Origin: a virus
Taxonomy: Duplodnaviria; Caudoviricetes
IMG/VR virus record: IMGVR_UViG_3300036851_000548
Location: 1 to 63,719 of that record
Strand: one strand, 5' to 3'
Length of the DNA stretch: 63,719 bases
The position numbers and the translations under genes were made by a program. Shown here piece by piece: positions 16,630 through 26,349 of this stretch. Under the pieces are notes generated by a model. That model ran no database searches. It had not been told where the DNA came from and saw only the letters and a program-made list of their open reading frames with translations. How positions within the stretch are numbered: the stretch's first letter is position 1; the number at the start of each line of letters is the position of its first letter.

Positions 16630-17306
16630 GGGCGCTCCGCGATGATCGCGAGCATGGCACGCCGGTCTTTCTTCGCGGCGAGGTACCGCTGCCCGAGCAC
16701 CATGTTTCTGCTGTGGTTCGCGTTCGCGCCGATCATCTCCTCCCACGTCCCCGTCGGGTGCCACAGGTGGTAGGCGTCGCCGCGGACGCGGACGGGGACC
16801 CCAGCGAGCGCCTCGCACGAAGCCATGAACGCGAGGTCGTCCCAGCCCCAGTCGACGAACCGCTCGTCGAAGCCTCCGACGGCGTCCCAGAGGGGGCGGG
16901 CGACGGCGAGCGCCTGACTCCACGTGTTCGGGTGCCTCGTCAGGCCGATGCCAGCGTCGTACGGCGAGAGGCGCCCTGCGAGCACGCCTTCCGTCCCCGG
17001 CTCGTCCAGCATCGTCAGGTGGTCGTGCGCGTACGTGAGCCTTCCGGTCGCGAGCGCGAGGGTGGCCGCCTCGCGCGCCTGCGCGGCGTCTGCGAGGACG
17101 ATGTCGGCGTCCGCTATCACGGCGACGTCCCAGGCGCCAGCGAGTCCTGCGGCGGCGTTGAGCGCCAGGCCGCGGTTGAAAGGACCGTCGTCGGAGAAGC
17201 CCTCGAAGACGCCGAACCCGGCGGCCTCCCACAGCGGCCGTGTGAACGCCCAGAGACGGTCGCGGGGACCGCGGTCGAGCCGCCGGGGGACGAGGAGCGG
17301 TATCAC
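16626..17306 (-). CDS. glycosyltransferase (GT2/GT7-like)
   Basis: FNRGLALN, DAD, GGFDERFVDWGWDD, HLWH. Confidence 0.88.
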   Translation of the reverse strand: MIPLLVPRRLDRGPRDRLWAFTRPLWEAAGFGVFEGFSDDGPFNRGLALNAAAGLAGAWDVAVIADADIVLADAAQAREAATLALATGRLTYAHDHLTMLDEPGTEGVLAGRLSPYDAGIGLTRHPNTWSQALAVARPLWDAVGGFDERFVDWGWDDLAFMASCEALAGVPVRVRGDAYHLWHPTGTWEEMIGANANHSRNMVLGQRYLAAKKDRRAMLAIIAERP

Positions 17307-17986
17307 GGACGCGCCGCCAGCATCGCAGCTGCGATGCGCGGATGGACGACCGGGAGGGGCTCGCTGAACGCGTGCGGACCAAACCATTCGTACCCAGCGA
17401 CGTTCCGCACGTCCTCGTCGAGGCGGTCGGTGCGCGTCATCGCGACGAGGAGGTTCTGCGAGTACCAGGGATCGACCCGCTGGTCGCTCCAGAAGCTCCA
17501 GCGCAGCGCGCCGGACACGTCGAAGGCGTTCGCCTCAAACCGATCGGCCCAGTAGTCGGGCCACTGCTCGTTGATGTGGCCCTCGCCCCCCTGCCCCGGC
17601 GTGGCGGCCGAGAACAGGACGGTCGGCGCGAGCGAGCAGAGCCAGTCGACGAGGCCGGGCGCGCATTCCTCCGGGAGGTGCTCGCCGACCTCTAGGCAGA
17701 GCGCGAGATCGAAGCTCCCGAGACTGGGCCCCGGCGCGTGTGCGAGCTGGGAGAGGTCGAACCCGACAGGCTCGACGCCCGGCGATGTGACCGTCGCCGC
17801 GTCGCGCTCGACCCCGACGACGTTGCAGCCGAGCGAGGCGAGCGCGGCTCCCCAGGCTCCTCGGCCGCAGCCGACGTCGATCGCGCTTTCCGGGGCGACG
17901 AGCTCGTAGACGACGGGAAGCACGACGCTCGCGGAACGCCGGGCGCCGAGGTCGATCAGGTCGTGCCAGTCGTCGGTGTAGGCCAT
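17303..17986 (-). CDS. class I SAM-dependent methyltransferase
   Basis: DVGCGRG, CLEVGEHL, GQGGEGHINEQ. Confidence 0.88.
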   Translation of the reverse strand: MAYTDDWHDLIDLGARRSASVVLPVVYELVAPESAIDVGCGRGAWGAALASLGCNVVGVERDAATVTSPGVEPVGFDLSQLAHAPGPSLGSFDLALCLEVGEHLPEECAPGLVDWLCSLAPTVLFSAATPGQGGEGHINEQWPDYWADRFEANAFDVSGALRWSFWSDQRVDPWYSQNLLVAMTRTDRLDEDVRNVAGYEWFGPHAFSEPLPVVHPRIAAAMLAARP

Positions 17987-17987
17987 G

Positions 17988-18656
17988 TCAGTAGCCCCTC
18001 GCGCCCAAGGCGCGCTCGACCCCGATGTGCGCCACCTGGATCTCGCCGCCGCCCCAGATCCCGAAGTGGGCACCGCCGGGGGTGCCATCGATCATGCGGG
18101 GGCCGATCTCGGTCTCGCAGCCCGGCTCAGGCGACCACGGGAACGCCCGCGCGGTCTCGGTGCGAAACAGGGACGGCGCGCACGACCAGTTGCGGGCCGT
18201 CTCGAACCAGCGGGCTCCGTGGAGGTTCTGCTTCGCGATGTACCAGCCTGGGGTCTGCTGGACGTAGCCGCCGTGCTCGACCTCGGCGCCCCAGGGCGTC
18301 CGCATCAGCGCCATCTGCTTCAGATGCGGCTCGGCGCCAAGGACGGCCTCCAAGTCGGTCAGGTCAATGGGGCAGAGGATCCGCATGTCGTCCTCCAAGT
18401 GGAACGCCCAGCCGAGGTCGGATCGGGCGGCGGCGTCCCAGCAGCTCGCGTGCGCGCGGCACATGCCCGAGACGTACGGCGAACCCTCGATCCTGGCGTC
18501 CTCCCACCCGGCGAATGCCTCGGGGGGCGTGCGGAGGCCGTCGTCGAAGATGTAGACGTCGGACGGCTGCGGCGTGACGAGGTCTTGGAACGCGACTAGC
18601 GTCGTCCGCAGGTAGTCGGGGCGGCCGTTCGTCAGGACGGTGAGCAGGTACCTCAC
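17988..18656 (-). CDS. glycosyltransferase (GT-A), paralog of 20612-21310
   Basis: IFDDG, FHLEDD, QMALMR, VAHIG. Confidence 0.75.
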   Translation of the reverse strand: MRYLLTVLTNGRPDYLRTTLVAFQDLVTPQPSDVYIFDDGLRTPPEAFAGWEDARIEGSPYVSGMCRAHASCWDAAARSDLGWAFHLEDDMRILCPIDLTDLEAVLGAEPHLKQMALMRTPWGAEVEHGGYVQQTPGWYIAKQNLHGARWFETARNWSCAPSLFRTETARAFPWSPEPGCETEIGPRMIDGTPGGAHFGIWGGGEIQVAHIGVERALGARGY

Positions 18657-18817
18657 GGGTGCCGCCTTGCGAACTCCTCCAGCCGGTTCAGCGGTCCGGC
18701 ATCGCGGGTTGCGAGCATCCACGACCGGGCCGCGATCCACGCGAACGGGTAGAGCACGATGACGACGAAAACGACCGGTAGAAGCACGACCCCAGCGAGC
18801 ATCTTCAGCGGGATCAC
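18653..18817 (-). CDS. small membrane protein
   Basis: single TM segment; GTGA overlaps. Confidence 0.45.
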   Translation of the reverse strand: MIPLKMLAGVVLLPVVFVVIVLYPFAWIAARSWMLATRDAGPLNRLEEFARRHP

Positions 18818-19353
18818 AACGCCACCGTCCAGATCGACGTGCCCGGCGCGAGGCGGACACGGTCGCCGAACGCCTCGTCGACGGCGCGCTTCACGCCCTC
18901 GTATCCGCCCGACTCGGGCGTGTAGTCGGCGGGGTCGCTGTAGTCGTGCCCGCAGATCAGCTTGCGCGTCTTCGGGAGCCACACCTCGATGTCGGCACGG
19001 ACGGACTCGTACGCGTGGTCGGCGTCGATGAAGACCATGTCGACCTTCGGCACGCGGCTGGCGGCCGCCGGAGACAGTCCCCTGACCGCGAAGAGGTTCG
19101 GGAAGTGACCGCACGACTCCATGAAGCCGCGGTAGGCGTGGTCGCCTGGGTCGGACCACGGGTCGAGGCAGTAGACGGGGCCGGGGCAGCCGGTCAGGAG
19201 CGCGAACGCGCTGCGGCCCCGGAGGACGCCGACCTCGGCGACGCTCCGCATCTCGGCGGCCGTGGCCCGGAGCCACTCCAGTTCGGCGGGACTCATCCAG
19301 CCCCAGATGTGCATGCCGGGGGTGGGGTGGCCGGGAACCGGGTCCGGTTTCAC
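18814..19353 (-). CDS. class I SAM-dependent methyltransferase (Methyltransf_24-like)
   Basis: EVGVLRGRS, DMVFIDADHAYE, GHDY. Confidence 0.88.
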   Translation of the reverse strand: MKPDPVPGHPTPGMHIWGWMSPAELEWLRATAAEMRSVAEVGVLRGRSAFALLTGCPGPVYCLDPWSDPGDHAYRGFMESCGHFPNLFAVRGLSPAAASRVPKVDMVFIDADHAYESVRADIEVWLPKTRKLICGHDYSDPADYTPESGGYEGVKRAVDEAFGDRVRLAPGTSIWTVAL

Positions 19354-19601
19354 GGCTCGATCTTCTCCAGCACGTTCTGCATCGCGTAGACGGCGTAGCG
19401 GCCGTCCTCGCGGAGCACCTCGTAGCGGTACGAGGGCACCGTCCGCGCAGCTTCGAGGGCGCGGCGGCGGCGCTCGGCGCGCCAGCGGAACCGCGTGACC
19501 AGCTCGGGCTCAGACAGCACCTTTTCGTCGGTCTCGGCGACGCGGTAGCCCCACGGGACGCCCGCAACACTGAGCACGCGATCGGCTCCCCCTATCGCCA
19601 T
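19350..19601 (-). CDS. hypothetical protein
   Basis: overlaps both neighbours; high GC3. Confidence 0.45.
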   Translation of the reverse strand: MAIGGADRVLSVAGVPWGYRVAETDEKVLSEPELVTRFRWRAERRRRALEAARTVPSYRYEVLREDGRYAVYAMQNVLEKIEP

Positions 19602-20257
19602 GCGTACACGGCCTGCGGGTGCGGGAGAAGGTGGCAGGCGCGGAGGCCGAGCCGTTCGAGCGCGGTGATCGCGCCTACGAGCAGCGCGGGACTGCCTCCT
19701 GCGCCGTGGAGTTCGACGAGCAGGTGCCGGACGAGCGGCGCCCATGTGTCGCCGACCTCGAACAGCGCCCACTCCTCGCCCTCGACGTCCATCTTCACGA
19801 AGTCGACGCCGCCCTCCCCGAACTCGCGGAGGATGACCTGCTGGAGCGTGTGCGAGTGGACGCGCCTCCCCTCGGCGGCCTCGGGGTCCTGTCCGATGCG
19901 CCGCGTGAACGCGTACGCCTCGGCGCGGACGGCGGGGTCGTAGGTGCCCCAGCCGCCCTCGCCGCTGACGGCGTGCCGTCGCACCGTGGTGTCTGGCGCG
20001 TTCATCTCGGCGAGGTCGGCGCACGCCTCGTCCATCTCGACGGCGACGACCGCCGCGAACGGCCACATCTCGGAGTAGTGCGCTGCGGTCAGGCCGATGT
20101 TCGCCCCGAGGTCGAGCACGGTCTCGGGCTTCGGCATGTCCGCCGGGGGGACGTGGTAGAGGCCGGTGAATGTGTCGGCCCACACCTGCCGGTCGCTCGT
20201 GCCGGGGCGCAGCAGGACGTGGCGGCCGAGCGCGGGCGTGAACTGCCTGTCCATCAC
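19592..20257 (-). CDS. FkbM-family methyltransferase
   Basis: LRPGTSD, LDLGANIG, KMDVEGEE, VELH. Confidence 0.88.
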   Translation of the reverse strand: MMDRQFTPALGRHVLLRPGTSDRQVWADTFTGLYHVPPADMPKPETVLDLGANIGLTAAHYSEMWPFAAVVAVEMDEACADLAEMNAPDTTVRRHAVSGEGGWGTYDPAVRAEAYAFTRRIGQDPEAAEGRRVHSHTLQQVILREFGEGGVDFVKMDVEGEEWALFEVGDTWAPLVRHLLVELHGAGGSPALLVGAITALERLGLRACHLLPHPQAVYAWR

Positions 20258-20612
20258 GGCGTCCTCAGCCGCGTGCACCCGAAGTGGATCGCGAGCAGCG
20301 CGACGGCGAGCGCGGCGACCCACCAGCGGCCGGTCAGCAGGTAGGCGATGCACGTCAGCGAGCCCGAGACGAGTCCGTGGACGGCGTCGCCGTTCATCCG
20401 AGCCACAGGGCGACGATGAAGCCGACCGCGCCGAGGGCGAGGAACCACTGCCACTCGGCGCCCGCGAGGAAGAGGATCGCGACGCAGCCGATCACCGCGG
20501 CCAGGAAGACGCGGTCGACCGCCTCCGGCGACGCGTAGTGCCACCGCTCGGGCAGCACCCTGGCGACGACGGCCCGGACGCGGAGGAAGAGGCGCTGCAT
20601 CGCCGTGACCAT
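20254..20612 (-). CDS. two small membrane proteins (20254-20397; 20394-20612)
   Basis: hydrophobic ORFs with coupled start/stop codons. Confidence 0.5.
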
Positions 20613-21310
20613 CAGTAGCCGAACCCGTCGCGCTGGCCGATGTGCTCGCACCACGGGCTGCCGTCGCCCCAGACGCCGAACGTGTAGCCCTCCTTGACGA
20701 GGTCGATCCCGAAGCGGCCCTCGCACTCGCGGTCGTAGCCAGGCCAGGGGTTCGCGAGCATGAAGTCGGCTGGCATAAGGCACGGGTTTGTCGTCATGTA
20801 CGAGCGGTGCTCCAGCCACGGCGCGTTCCACCAGTCGCCCGGGTCCGTCGAGTCGGCGGCAACGGTCGTGCGCGGCTCGTACTGGCCGGGGCGGGACTCG
20901 TAGAGGCCCCCTGCGGCCCGCTCCTCGGCGTTGACGGCGCCGCGCATCAGCTGCATCTGCGCAAGCCTCGGCCAGCGATCGTCGAGGACGTAGGCGAGTT
21001 CGCTGAGGTCGACGGGGCGCGTGAGCACGAAATCGTTCTCCAGCCAGAACACGTAGTCGGCCGTGGCCTCGACGTTCGGCTCGGACGCGAGCCGCCAGAG
21101 CTCTCGGGAGGCGAAGCAGAACCCGGACTGCTGCGGGAGCACGAGGCCGCGCCACTGCCCAAACGGCTCGACCGGCGGGGTGCGGCCGGGGCCGTCGACG
21201 ACGCAGACGAGGTCGGCGGGGGCGGGAGACGCGTGCTCCGCGAACGATTCGATCGCTCGGTCGAGATGGGGGGCGTCCCCGTGCGTGAGGACTGCGAGCC
21301 GGTACCTCAC
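20612..21310 (-). CDS. glycosyltransferase (GT-A), paralog of 17988-18656
   Basis: VVDG, FWLEND, QMQLMR, CEHIG; the two paralogs start MRY and end GY. Confidence 0.75.
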   Translation of the reverse strand: MRYRLAVLTHGDAPHLDRAIESFAEHASPAPADLVCVVDGPGRTPPVEPFGQWRGLVLPQQSGFCFASRELWRLASEPNVEATADYVFWLENDFVLTRPVDLSELAYVLDDRWPRLAQMQLMRGAVNAEERAAGGLYESRPGQYEPRTTVAADSTDPGDWWNAPWLEHRSYMTTNPCLMPADFMLANPWPGYDRECEGRFGIDLVKEGYTFGVWGDGSPWCEHIGQRDGFGY

Positions 21311-21741
21311 CAGCGCTCTCCTCCGTCCTCGACGGTCTGGTAGTCGACGCGGGGGCCTCCGTACGCCCACCCGACGAGCTGCGCGACGAGCAGCGTCGGT
21401 ACGTTCGTGCCGAGGTAGCCGTGCGGCTCGTAGAAGTCGTCGAGGTCGCTGAACAGCGCGGCCATGGTGACGCCCCGCCCGACGGCCAGCGCGTGCGCGG
21501 CCTCCAGAAGGTGCGACGCGTGCCCCTCCCGGCGGTGGGCGGGGTCCGTGCAGACGGCGCCGATCCCGGCGACGGGGACCTCGATGTCGCGGAACCGGAG
21601 GGTGCGCCAGTAGAGGCCGACGTGGGAGATGACGTCGGGGGCGTGGCCGTTGTTCGCGCCAACCTCGATCTGGAGCGAGAGGTCGGGCGGCTTGATCTCC
21701 GCGCCGGGGAAGCACTCCCGGATCAGCGCCAGTTGGTTCAC
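21307..21741 (-). CDS. GNAT-family acetyltransferase
   Basis: GIGAVCTDPAHRREGHAS acetyl-CoA motif A; FYEPHGY. Confidence 0.8.
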   Translation of the reverse strand: MNQLALIRECFPGAEIKPPDLSLQIEVGANNGHAPDVISHVGLYWRTLRFRDIEVPVAGIGAVCTDPAHRREGHASHLLEAAHALAVGRGVTMAALFSDLDDFYEPHGYLGTNVPTLLVAQLVGWAYGGPRVDYQTVEDGGERW

Positions 21742-22240
21742 GCGGCGACTCTGTTTGGGACGAGGGCGCCGAACACGTCGTCGACGCGGTCGCACTCGTA
21801 GTGGGGCGCGTTCGGGTCGGCGTCCTTGTAGAGCAGCTGGTTGATCGCGGCGGAGTGCTTCGCGCTCGACGTGGTGAAGCCGGGCGTCTCGTCGTAGGAC
21901 GGGAACTCCATGACAACGAAGTCCGCGCGGCCGTCGTCGCGGTCGATCCAGCCGTACACGGTCAACATCTCGTACTGGGAGTCGCCACCGACGGGGACGC
22001 GAAGGCAGCGGTCCCACCTGACGAACGGGAGCCGGTTCAGCCACTCCGCGATGGGTTCGGGATCGAGGTTCACCGCAGCCTCTCGTCAGTCGCGATCCGG
22101 TACAGAAGCCGCGTTCCTACCGCCGCGAGCGCGGGGGGCACGGCGGCCGCGTACTCGCCGTAGAAGACGGCCAGGACGGCCGCGGTGGCGGAGAGCAGGA
22201 ACGCCACGCCGAAGAAGAGCATGGTCAGCACGCGCCTCAC
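21738..22240 (-). CDS. two hypothetical genes (21738-22073; membrane 22070-22240)
   Basis: GTGA overlaps. Confidence 0.5.
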
Positions 22241-22914
22241 GGCTGCACCTTCGCGGTCCGCCACCAGCCTGGATCGATGTCGGCGTGCTCGGCCCGGATC
22301 GCCGCGTAGGTGCGGGCGCGGACGCCGCGGTCCTGCAGGTTGCGTCCGGCGGGGTTCACGCTGGCACGATAGACCGCTTCGGGCACCGGGAGCAAGTACG
22401 CCCCGGCGCGGACGCAGCGGAGCCAGAGGTCCCAGTCCTCGTAGACGGGCCACTCGCGGAACCCGCCGACGGCGAGGAACAGGTCGCGGCGGACGAGCGT
22501 GCCGATGACGGCGCAGTTGAGGTCGACCAGCAGCCTGTCCCAGTCGGGGATCGCGGCGGGGCCGCCTCCGCGCTGCAGGGCGGGGACGAACAGCCACGAC
22601 GCGGTGGCGTCGGGGTCGAGCGGCTCCGTGTCCTGCTCCTCCTCCGGCGGGGGCCAGTCGCGCTCGTAGGCGGCCTGCATCGCGGCGAGGTAGCCGGGCG
22701 CGAGTTCGTCGTCGGCGTCGAGGAAGCAGAGCCAGTCGCTGGTCGCGGCCGCCGCGGCGGCGTTCCGGGCCTCGGCGAGGGTGCCCCCGTCGAGGTGGAG
22801 CAGGATCGTCTCGCGGGGCGCCGGGTGCTGGGCCTCGGCGCTGCGCGCGGCCTCAGCGGCGCGGTCGGCCCAGGCCCGGTCGCTGTAGGTCGCGACGATC
22901 ACGGAGACGTTCAC
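22237..22914 (-). CDS. glycosyltransferase family 2
   Basis: VSVIVATY, ARN, FLDADD, GGF, EDWDLW. Confidence 0.9.
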   Translation of the reverse strand: MNVSVIVATYSDRAWADRAAEAARSAEAQHPAPRETILLHLDGGTLAEARNAAAAAATSDWLCFLDADDELAPGYLAAMQAAYERDWPPPEEEQDTEPLDPDATASWLFVPALQRGGGPAAIPDWDRLLVDLNCAVIGTLVRRDLFLAVGGFREWPVYEDWDLWLRCVRAGAYLLPVPEAVYRASVNPAGRNLQDRGVRARTYAAIRAEHADIDPGWWRTAKVQP

Positions 22915-23105
22915 GCGCCGCCCTCGCCGTCGAGCAAGGCGGTCTCGCGGAGGTCTACGAAGCCGATCCGGAGGTGGCCTCCGTGCTGGCAGGTCGGACA
23001 CAGCTCGTCCTTCATCTGCTCGGCGCGGCCGGTCGCGTCGTCCACGAACACGTCGTAGACCGCGCCGCAGTCGCCGCACCGCCACCGCTGCAGCACGGTC
23101 GCCAT
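22911..23105 (-). CDS. small Zn-ribbon protein
   Basis: CGDC...CPTC. Confidence 0.55.
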   Translation of the reverse strand: MATVLQRWRCGDCGAVYDVFVDDATGRAEQMKDELCPTCQHGGHLRIGFVDLRETALLDGEGGA

Positions 23106-23467
23106 CAGCGGCGGACCATCCCGGCCCGGATCTTCTTCGCCTCGTGGTCGACGCCGTCGAGGGCGACCAGGAGCGTCGTCACGACCAGCGTGCGGGCGCG
23201 GGCGCCGCTCTCCTTGACCGCCCAGCAGCGGGTGCCGTCGGCGTCCCAGACGTAGTGGCCCTCGGTGGCGACGCCGCGCCGGTGAGGCTCGCGGACCCAG
23301 TTCGGTTTTCGGTCGGCGACGCGACCGGCGAGGATGCCGATCCTGACCTCGGCGCGGATCCGGGCGGCCGCCTCGGCCTCGTCCCTCCAGCCGAGCCGTT
23401 CGCGGGCGCGGTCGACGGCGTGACCGGATGCGACGATGTGCGCGAACGCGTCCGGGCCGTCGTTCAC
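23105..23467 (-). CDS. hypothetical protein, possibly RelE/BECR-like RNase fold
   Basis: SGHAVDRARER N-terminus and LVVTT C-terminal strand. Confidence 0.4.
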   Translation of the reverse strand: MNDGPDAFAHIVASGHAVDRARERLGWRDEAEAAARIRAEVRIGILAGRVADRKPNWVREPHRRGVATEGHYVWDADGTRCWAVKESGARARTLVVTTLLVALDGVDHEAKKIRAGMVRR

Positions 23468-23910
23468 GCGAGCAGCCACCCGCCGAGGACGGCGACCTGC
23501 AGGACGTGGAGGGTCTGGTCGAGCGCGAGCGGCGTCGCGGGCCACGGGTTCGGGGGCGGCCACCTGTGCCACGCCTCGGAGTCGTCGATCGGCGTCCGGC
23601 CGGTCAGGGCGCGCCATTCGCGCTGCCGTTCCGGGGTCGTCCTGGTCCGCCACTCCGCGAGGTCGCCGAGCGTGACCCGGAAGCGGCGGCTGTCGGTCAG
23701 AAAGTGCAGCCCGGCGAGCAGGCCAAGGAACGTGACCACCTCCTGCCAGGGTGCGCCGGAGACGGCCGCGACGGGAACGAACGCGAGCGTGTAGGTGAGG
23801 ACGTGCATGCTCCGGATCCGCGGGTCGTCGAGCTTCTGCTCGGCCTGCCAGCGGTTCTGGAGCGCGAAGTCGCCGACCATGTGCGCAGCGAGGAGGTAGA
23901 GCGGCAGCAT
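23464..23910 (-). CDS. DUF3307-like membrane protein
   Basis: AHMVGDFALQ, HFLTD, DQTLH. Confidence 0.8.
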   Translation of the reverse strand: MLPLYLLAAHMVGDFALQNRWQAEQKLDDPRIRSMHVLTYTLAFVPVAAVSGAPWQEVVTFLGLLAGLHFLTDSRRFRVTLGDLAEWRTRTTPERQREWRALTGRTPIDDSEAWHRWPPPNPWPATPLALDQTLHVLQVAVLGGWLLA

Positions 23911-24792
23911 CAGGGATCCTCCGGCGCGAGCGCATCGATCCGTCGCCTCATCTGCTCGATCGCTTCGCTGTCGGTCGGCTGCTCGTCGAGTTCGTCGGCC
24001 GCGTCCTTGGCGATCAGGTACAGGGCGCGGTACCTGCCGAGGAGCACGTTCGCGCGGCCGGTCGGCCGGAGCCGGTCTCCGCCCGGGGTCCGCTCGGGCA
24101 CGTTGAGCGCGTCGAACATGTCCTCGCATCCCTTCACGTCCTGGCGGGCGAGGACGAGGTCGGCCTCCTGCGAGGCGACGCGGCGCTCCAGCTCGGCGCG
24201 GCTGAGGTGGGAGAGGTTCATAGGACGGCCTGCAGTTCCTCGATCGTGACGACGCCGAGCGACGACAGCAGCACGGCGGACCCCTTCTCGGTGAGCACAG
24301 GCCACGTCTCCCCGGTCTCGTCGCTGCCGTGCTGGATCAGGCCGCCGTCGTACAGGCTGTCCCAGACGTCCTGCGGGATCGCGGCGGCGGCGTTGCCCTC
24401 CCAGTTGCCGTCGAGGAGCGCGAGCGCCGTGACGGGGTGCACGACGCTCATCAGGTCGGCCATCGCCTCCCGCGCGAGGTCGTAGTTCGCGGTCGCCCGG
24501 CGTGCGTGTCGGATCGCGAGGAACATCGTGGCGAGGCTGACCGGGACGCACAGGGCGGCGGCGGCCAGGAAGGCCGCGTCGGCGGCGGTCATAGCGGTTC
24601 CACGACGCCGGTGAACGAGTCGGCGTCGCCGCGGTCTCGGGCGCGCCGGTTCAGTTCGGCCTCCGCGATGGCGCGGACTTTGGGCAGGTCGGACTGCTTC
24701 CACTGCTCCAGCACGGACGGCCGTTCGGTCAGGGCGCGGTCGCTCAGTTCGAGCGACGTCAGTCCTTCGAGCGCCCGCAGCGTTTCGTTCAT
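23910..24792 (-). CDS. three hypothetical genes (23910-24221; 24218-24592; 24589-24792)
   Basis: ATGA overlaps. Confidence 0.5.
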
Positions 24793-25472
24793 CTCCGTCG
24801 TCTCCTTTCGGTGGCGCGCCAGAGGCGGGCGCGGGTGTTGAAGAGGGCGCGGTCGGCGTCGAAGTGCAGCTGCCCCTTCTCGTAGGTGGCGTCCATGTCG
24901 GCCTTCCGCCAGTGCGGGTGGAGGTGCTCGACCAGCGCGGCTGCCGCGTGCGCGTACGTGCGCCGGTGCAGCGCGGTCTGCACGAACTCGTCGTCCACGA
25001 AGTTGTGCCAGTACCCCTCGTGCAGCAGCAGCCCGGGGTCGTCGGCGGTGCCGCACTCGCCGTAGTCGCGGTGGACGAGCGAGTGGGTCGAGTGGCGGCC
25101 GGAGACGACGCGGCGGTTGCCGAGGTCGTTCGTGCCGACCACGCACGCCCCGGTCCGCGCGTGGACGGCGAGCGCAGCCTCCAGCCAGCCCTGGTGGAAG
25201 ACGAGGTCGTCGGCACCGAGGAGGACCCAGTCGTGATCGGTGTGCCGCCACGCGAGGTTGATCTTCCGAGCGTAGTCGCCCCGGCCGGGCTCCCAGTCCG
25301 CGATCAGCGGTTCGGCCCCGGCGTCGAGGACCGCGTCGATCTCCTCCATGTCGCCGGGGCTGCAGACGAACACGGGGTCGGCGCGGCGCGCGGTCTCGCG
25401 GAGCGAGTCGACGATCGGCCGGACGCGGTGCGGCCGATCGAGGACGGGGACGAGGACGGCGGCGCGGGTCAC
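24789..25472 (-). CDS. glycosyltransferase family 2-like
   Basis: VLVPVLDRP, LGADD, YWHNFVDDE, VEHLH. Confidence 0.82.
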   Translation of the reverse strand: MTRAAVLVPVLDRPHRVRPIVDSLRETARRADPVFVCSPGDMEEIDAVLDAGAEPLIADWEPGRGDYARKINLAWRHTDHDWVLLGADDLVFHQGWLEAALAVHARTGACVVGTNDLGNRRVVSGRHSTHSLVHRDYGECGTADDPGLLLHEGYWHNFVDDEFVQTALHRRTYAHAAAALVEHLHPHWRKADMDATYEKGQLHFDADRALFNTRARLWRATERRRRR

Positions 25473-25597
25473 GCGGAGCCGGAGTCCGTGTCGGCGAGCA
25501 GTTCGAGCCGCCGCCGGTCGCGCCAGTCGAGGGCGAGGCAGACCGCGAGGGGGAGCAGCGCGGCGTACAGGAGGGTGATCGGCAGGAGCGTCGTCAC
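25469..25597 (-). CDS. small membrane peptide
   Basis: TM segment; GTG 8 nt after a promoter motif. Confidence 0.45.
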   Translation of the reverse strand: MTTLLPITLLYAALLPLAVCLALDWRDRRRLELLADTDSGSA

Positions 25598-25605
25598 GCC
25601 GTAGC

Positions 25606-25628
25606 AGGATACGTCGGGGGGCGGACGG
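25606..25628 (-). promoter_or_regulatory. CCGTCCG-N10-TATCCT promoter heading the glycan cluster
   Basis: match to the recurring motif. Confidence 0.7.
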
Positions 25629-25632
25629 AGGT

Positions 25633-26349
25633 CTAGGCCGCCGCGGGCGCGGACCGCAGGAGCGGGATGCACGCCTCGCCCTGCTCGTGCAGGAGCCGGT
25701 CGAGGTCCGCGAACGTGATCCAGCAGGTGCCGTGCCATCCCCAGTCGGCGCCCCACGAGTTCGTCAGCTTGACGCGGCCGCCGAAGTTCTCGACGTCGAC
25801 AGCGTTCGCGACGATCGCATGGCCGCCCGTGACGCCACCGGCGACGTTGACGTGCGCGTACCCGTCTGTGTTCTCCATCCCCTCATACCAGGGGATGCCG
25901 AGGACGGCGGGACCTTTCCAGGAGAGAGCGAGGATCAGGTCGTCGAGGCCGAACGCCCATCGGTACTCGCGGTACCAGCCGAGCTCGACCCCGGCCTTGA
26001 CGGCCGCGAGGACGCTGGAGCCGCTGTAGTCCTCGCCGGGCCACTCGTCGAGTTGCTGCGCGCGCCGGTAGACGGAGCGGGCGACCTCGTCGTCGAGGCC
26101 CGGGACGGGGTCGGGTTCGGCGGCGGCCTCGTGCGTGACCGCGAACCCCGTGCAGGCGCCCTCCCGCCCCTGGTTGAGGCGGATCCCGAGCGGCCACTCG
26201 TGCGTGCGCGGCTTCGCCTCGTGGTCGTCCAGCGCGGCGCGGATCGGGAAGGAGCGGCTGCGGTCGTCGAACGAGACGAGCCGGTCGAGGCGCGGGTCCC
26301 GGGTGACGGTGCCGTCAGGGAGGGGCGTCTCGTCCACGGGCGGGATCAT
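25633..26349 (-). CDS. papain-like (C1) cysteine peptidase
   Basis: NQGREGACTGF (Q, catalytic C), GGHA (H), NSWGADWG (N); the start may be GTG 26337. Confidence 0.85.
   Translation of the reverse strand: MIPPVDETPLPDGTVTRDPRLDRLVSFDDRSRSFPIRAALDDHEAKPRTHEWPLGIRLNQGREGACTGFAVTHEAAAEPDPVPGLDDEVARSVYRRAQQLDEWPGEDYSGSSVLAAVKAGVELGWYREYRWAFGLDDLILALSWKGPAVLGIPWYEGMENTDGYAHVNVAGGVTGGHAIVANAVDVENFGGRVKLTNSWGADWGWHGTCWITFADLDRLLHEQGEACIPLLRSAPAAA

Noticed and set aside
25633-26349. C1 peptidase as the endolysin
   Set aside because: No cell-wall-binding domain, and it lies far from the holin-like gene; this cannot be supported from sequence, though it is not excluded.
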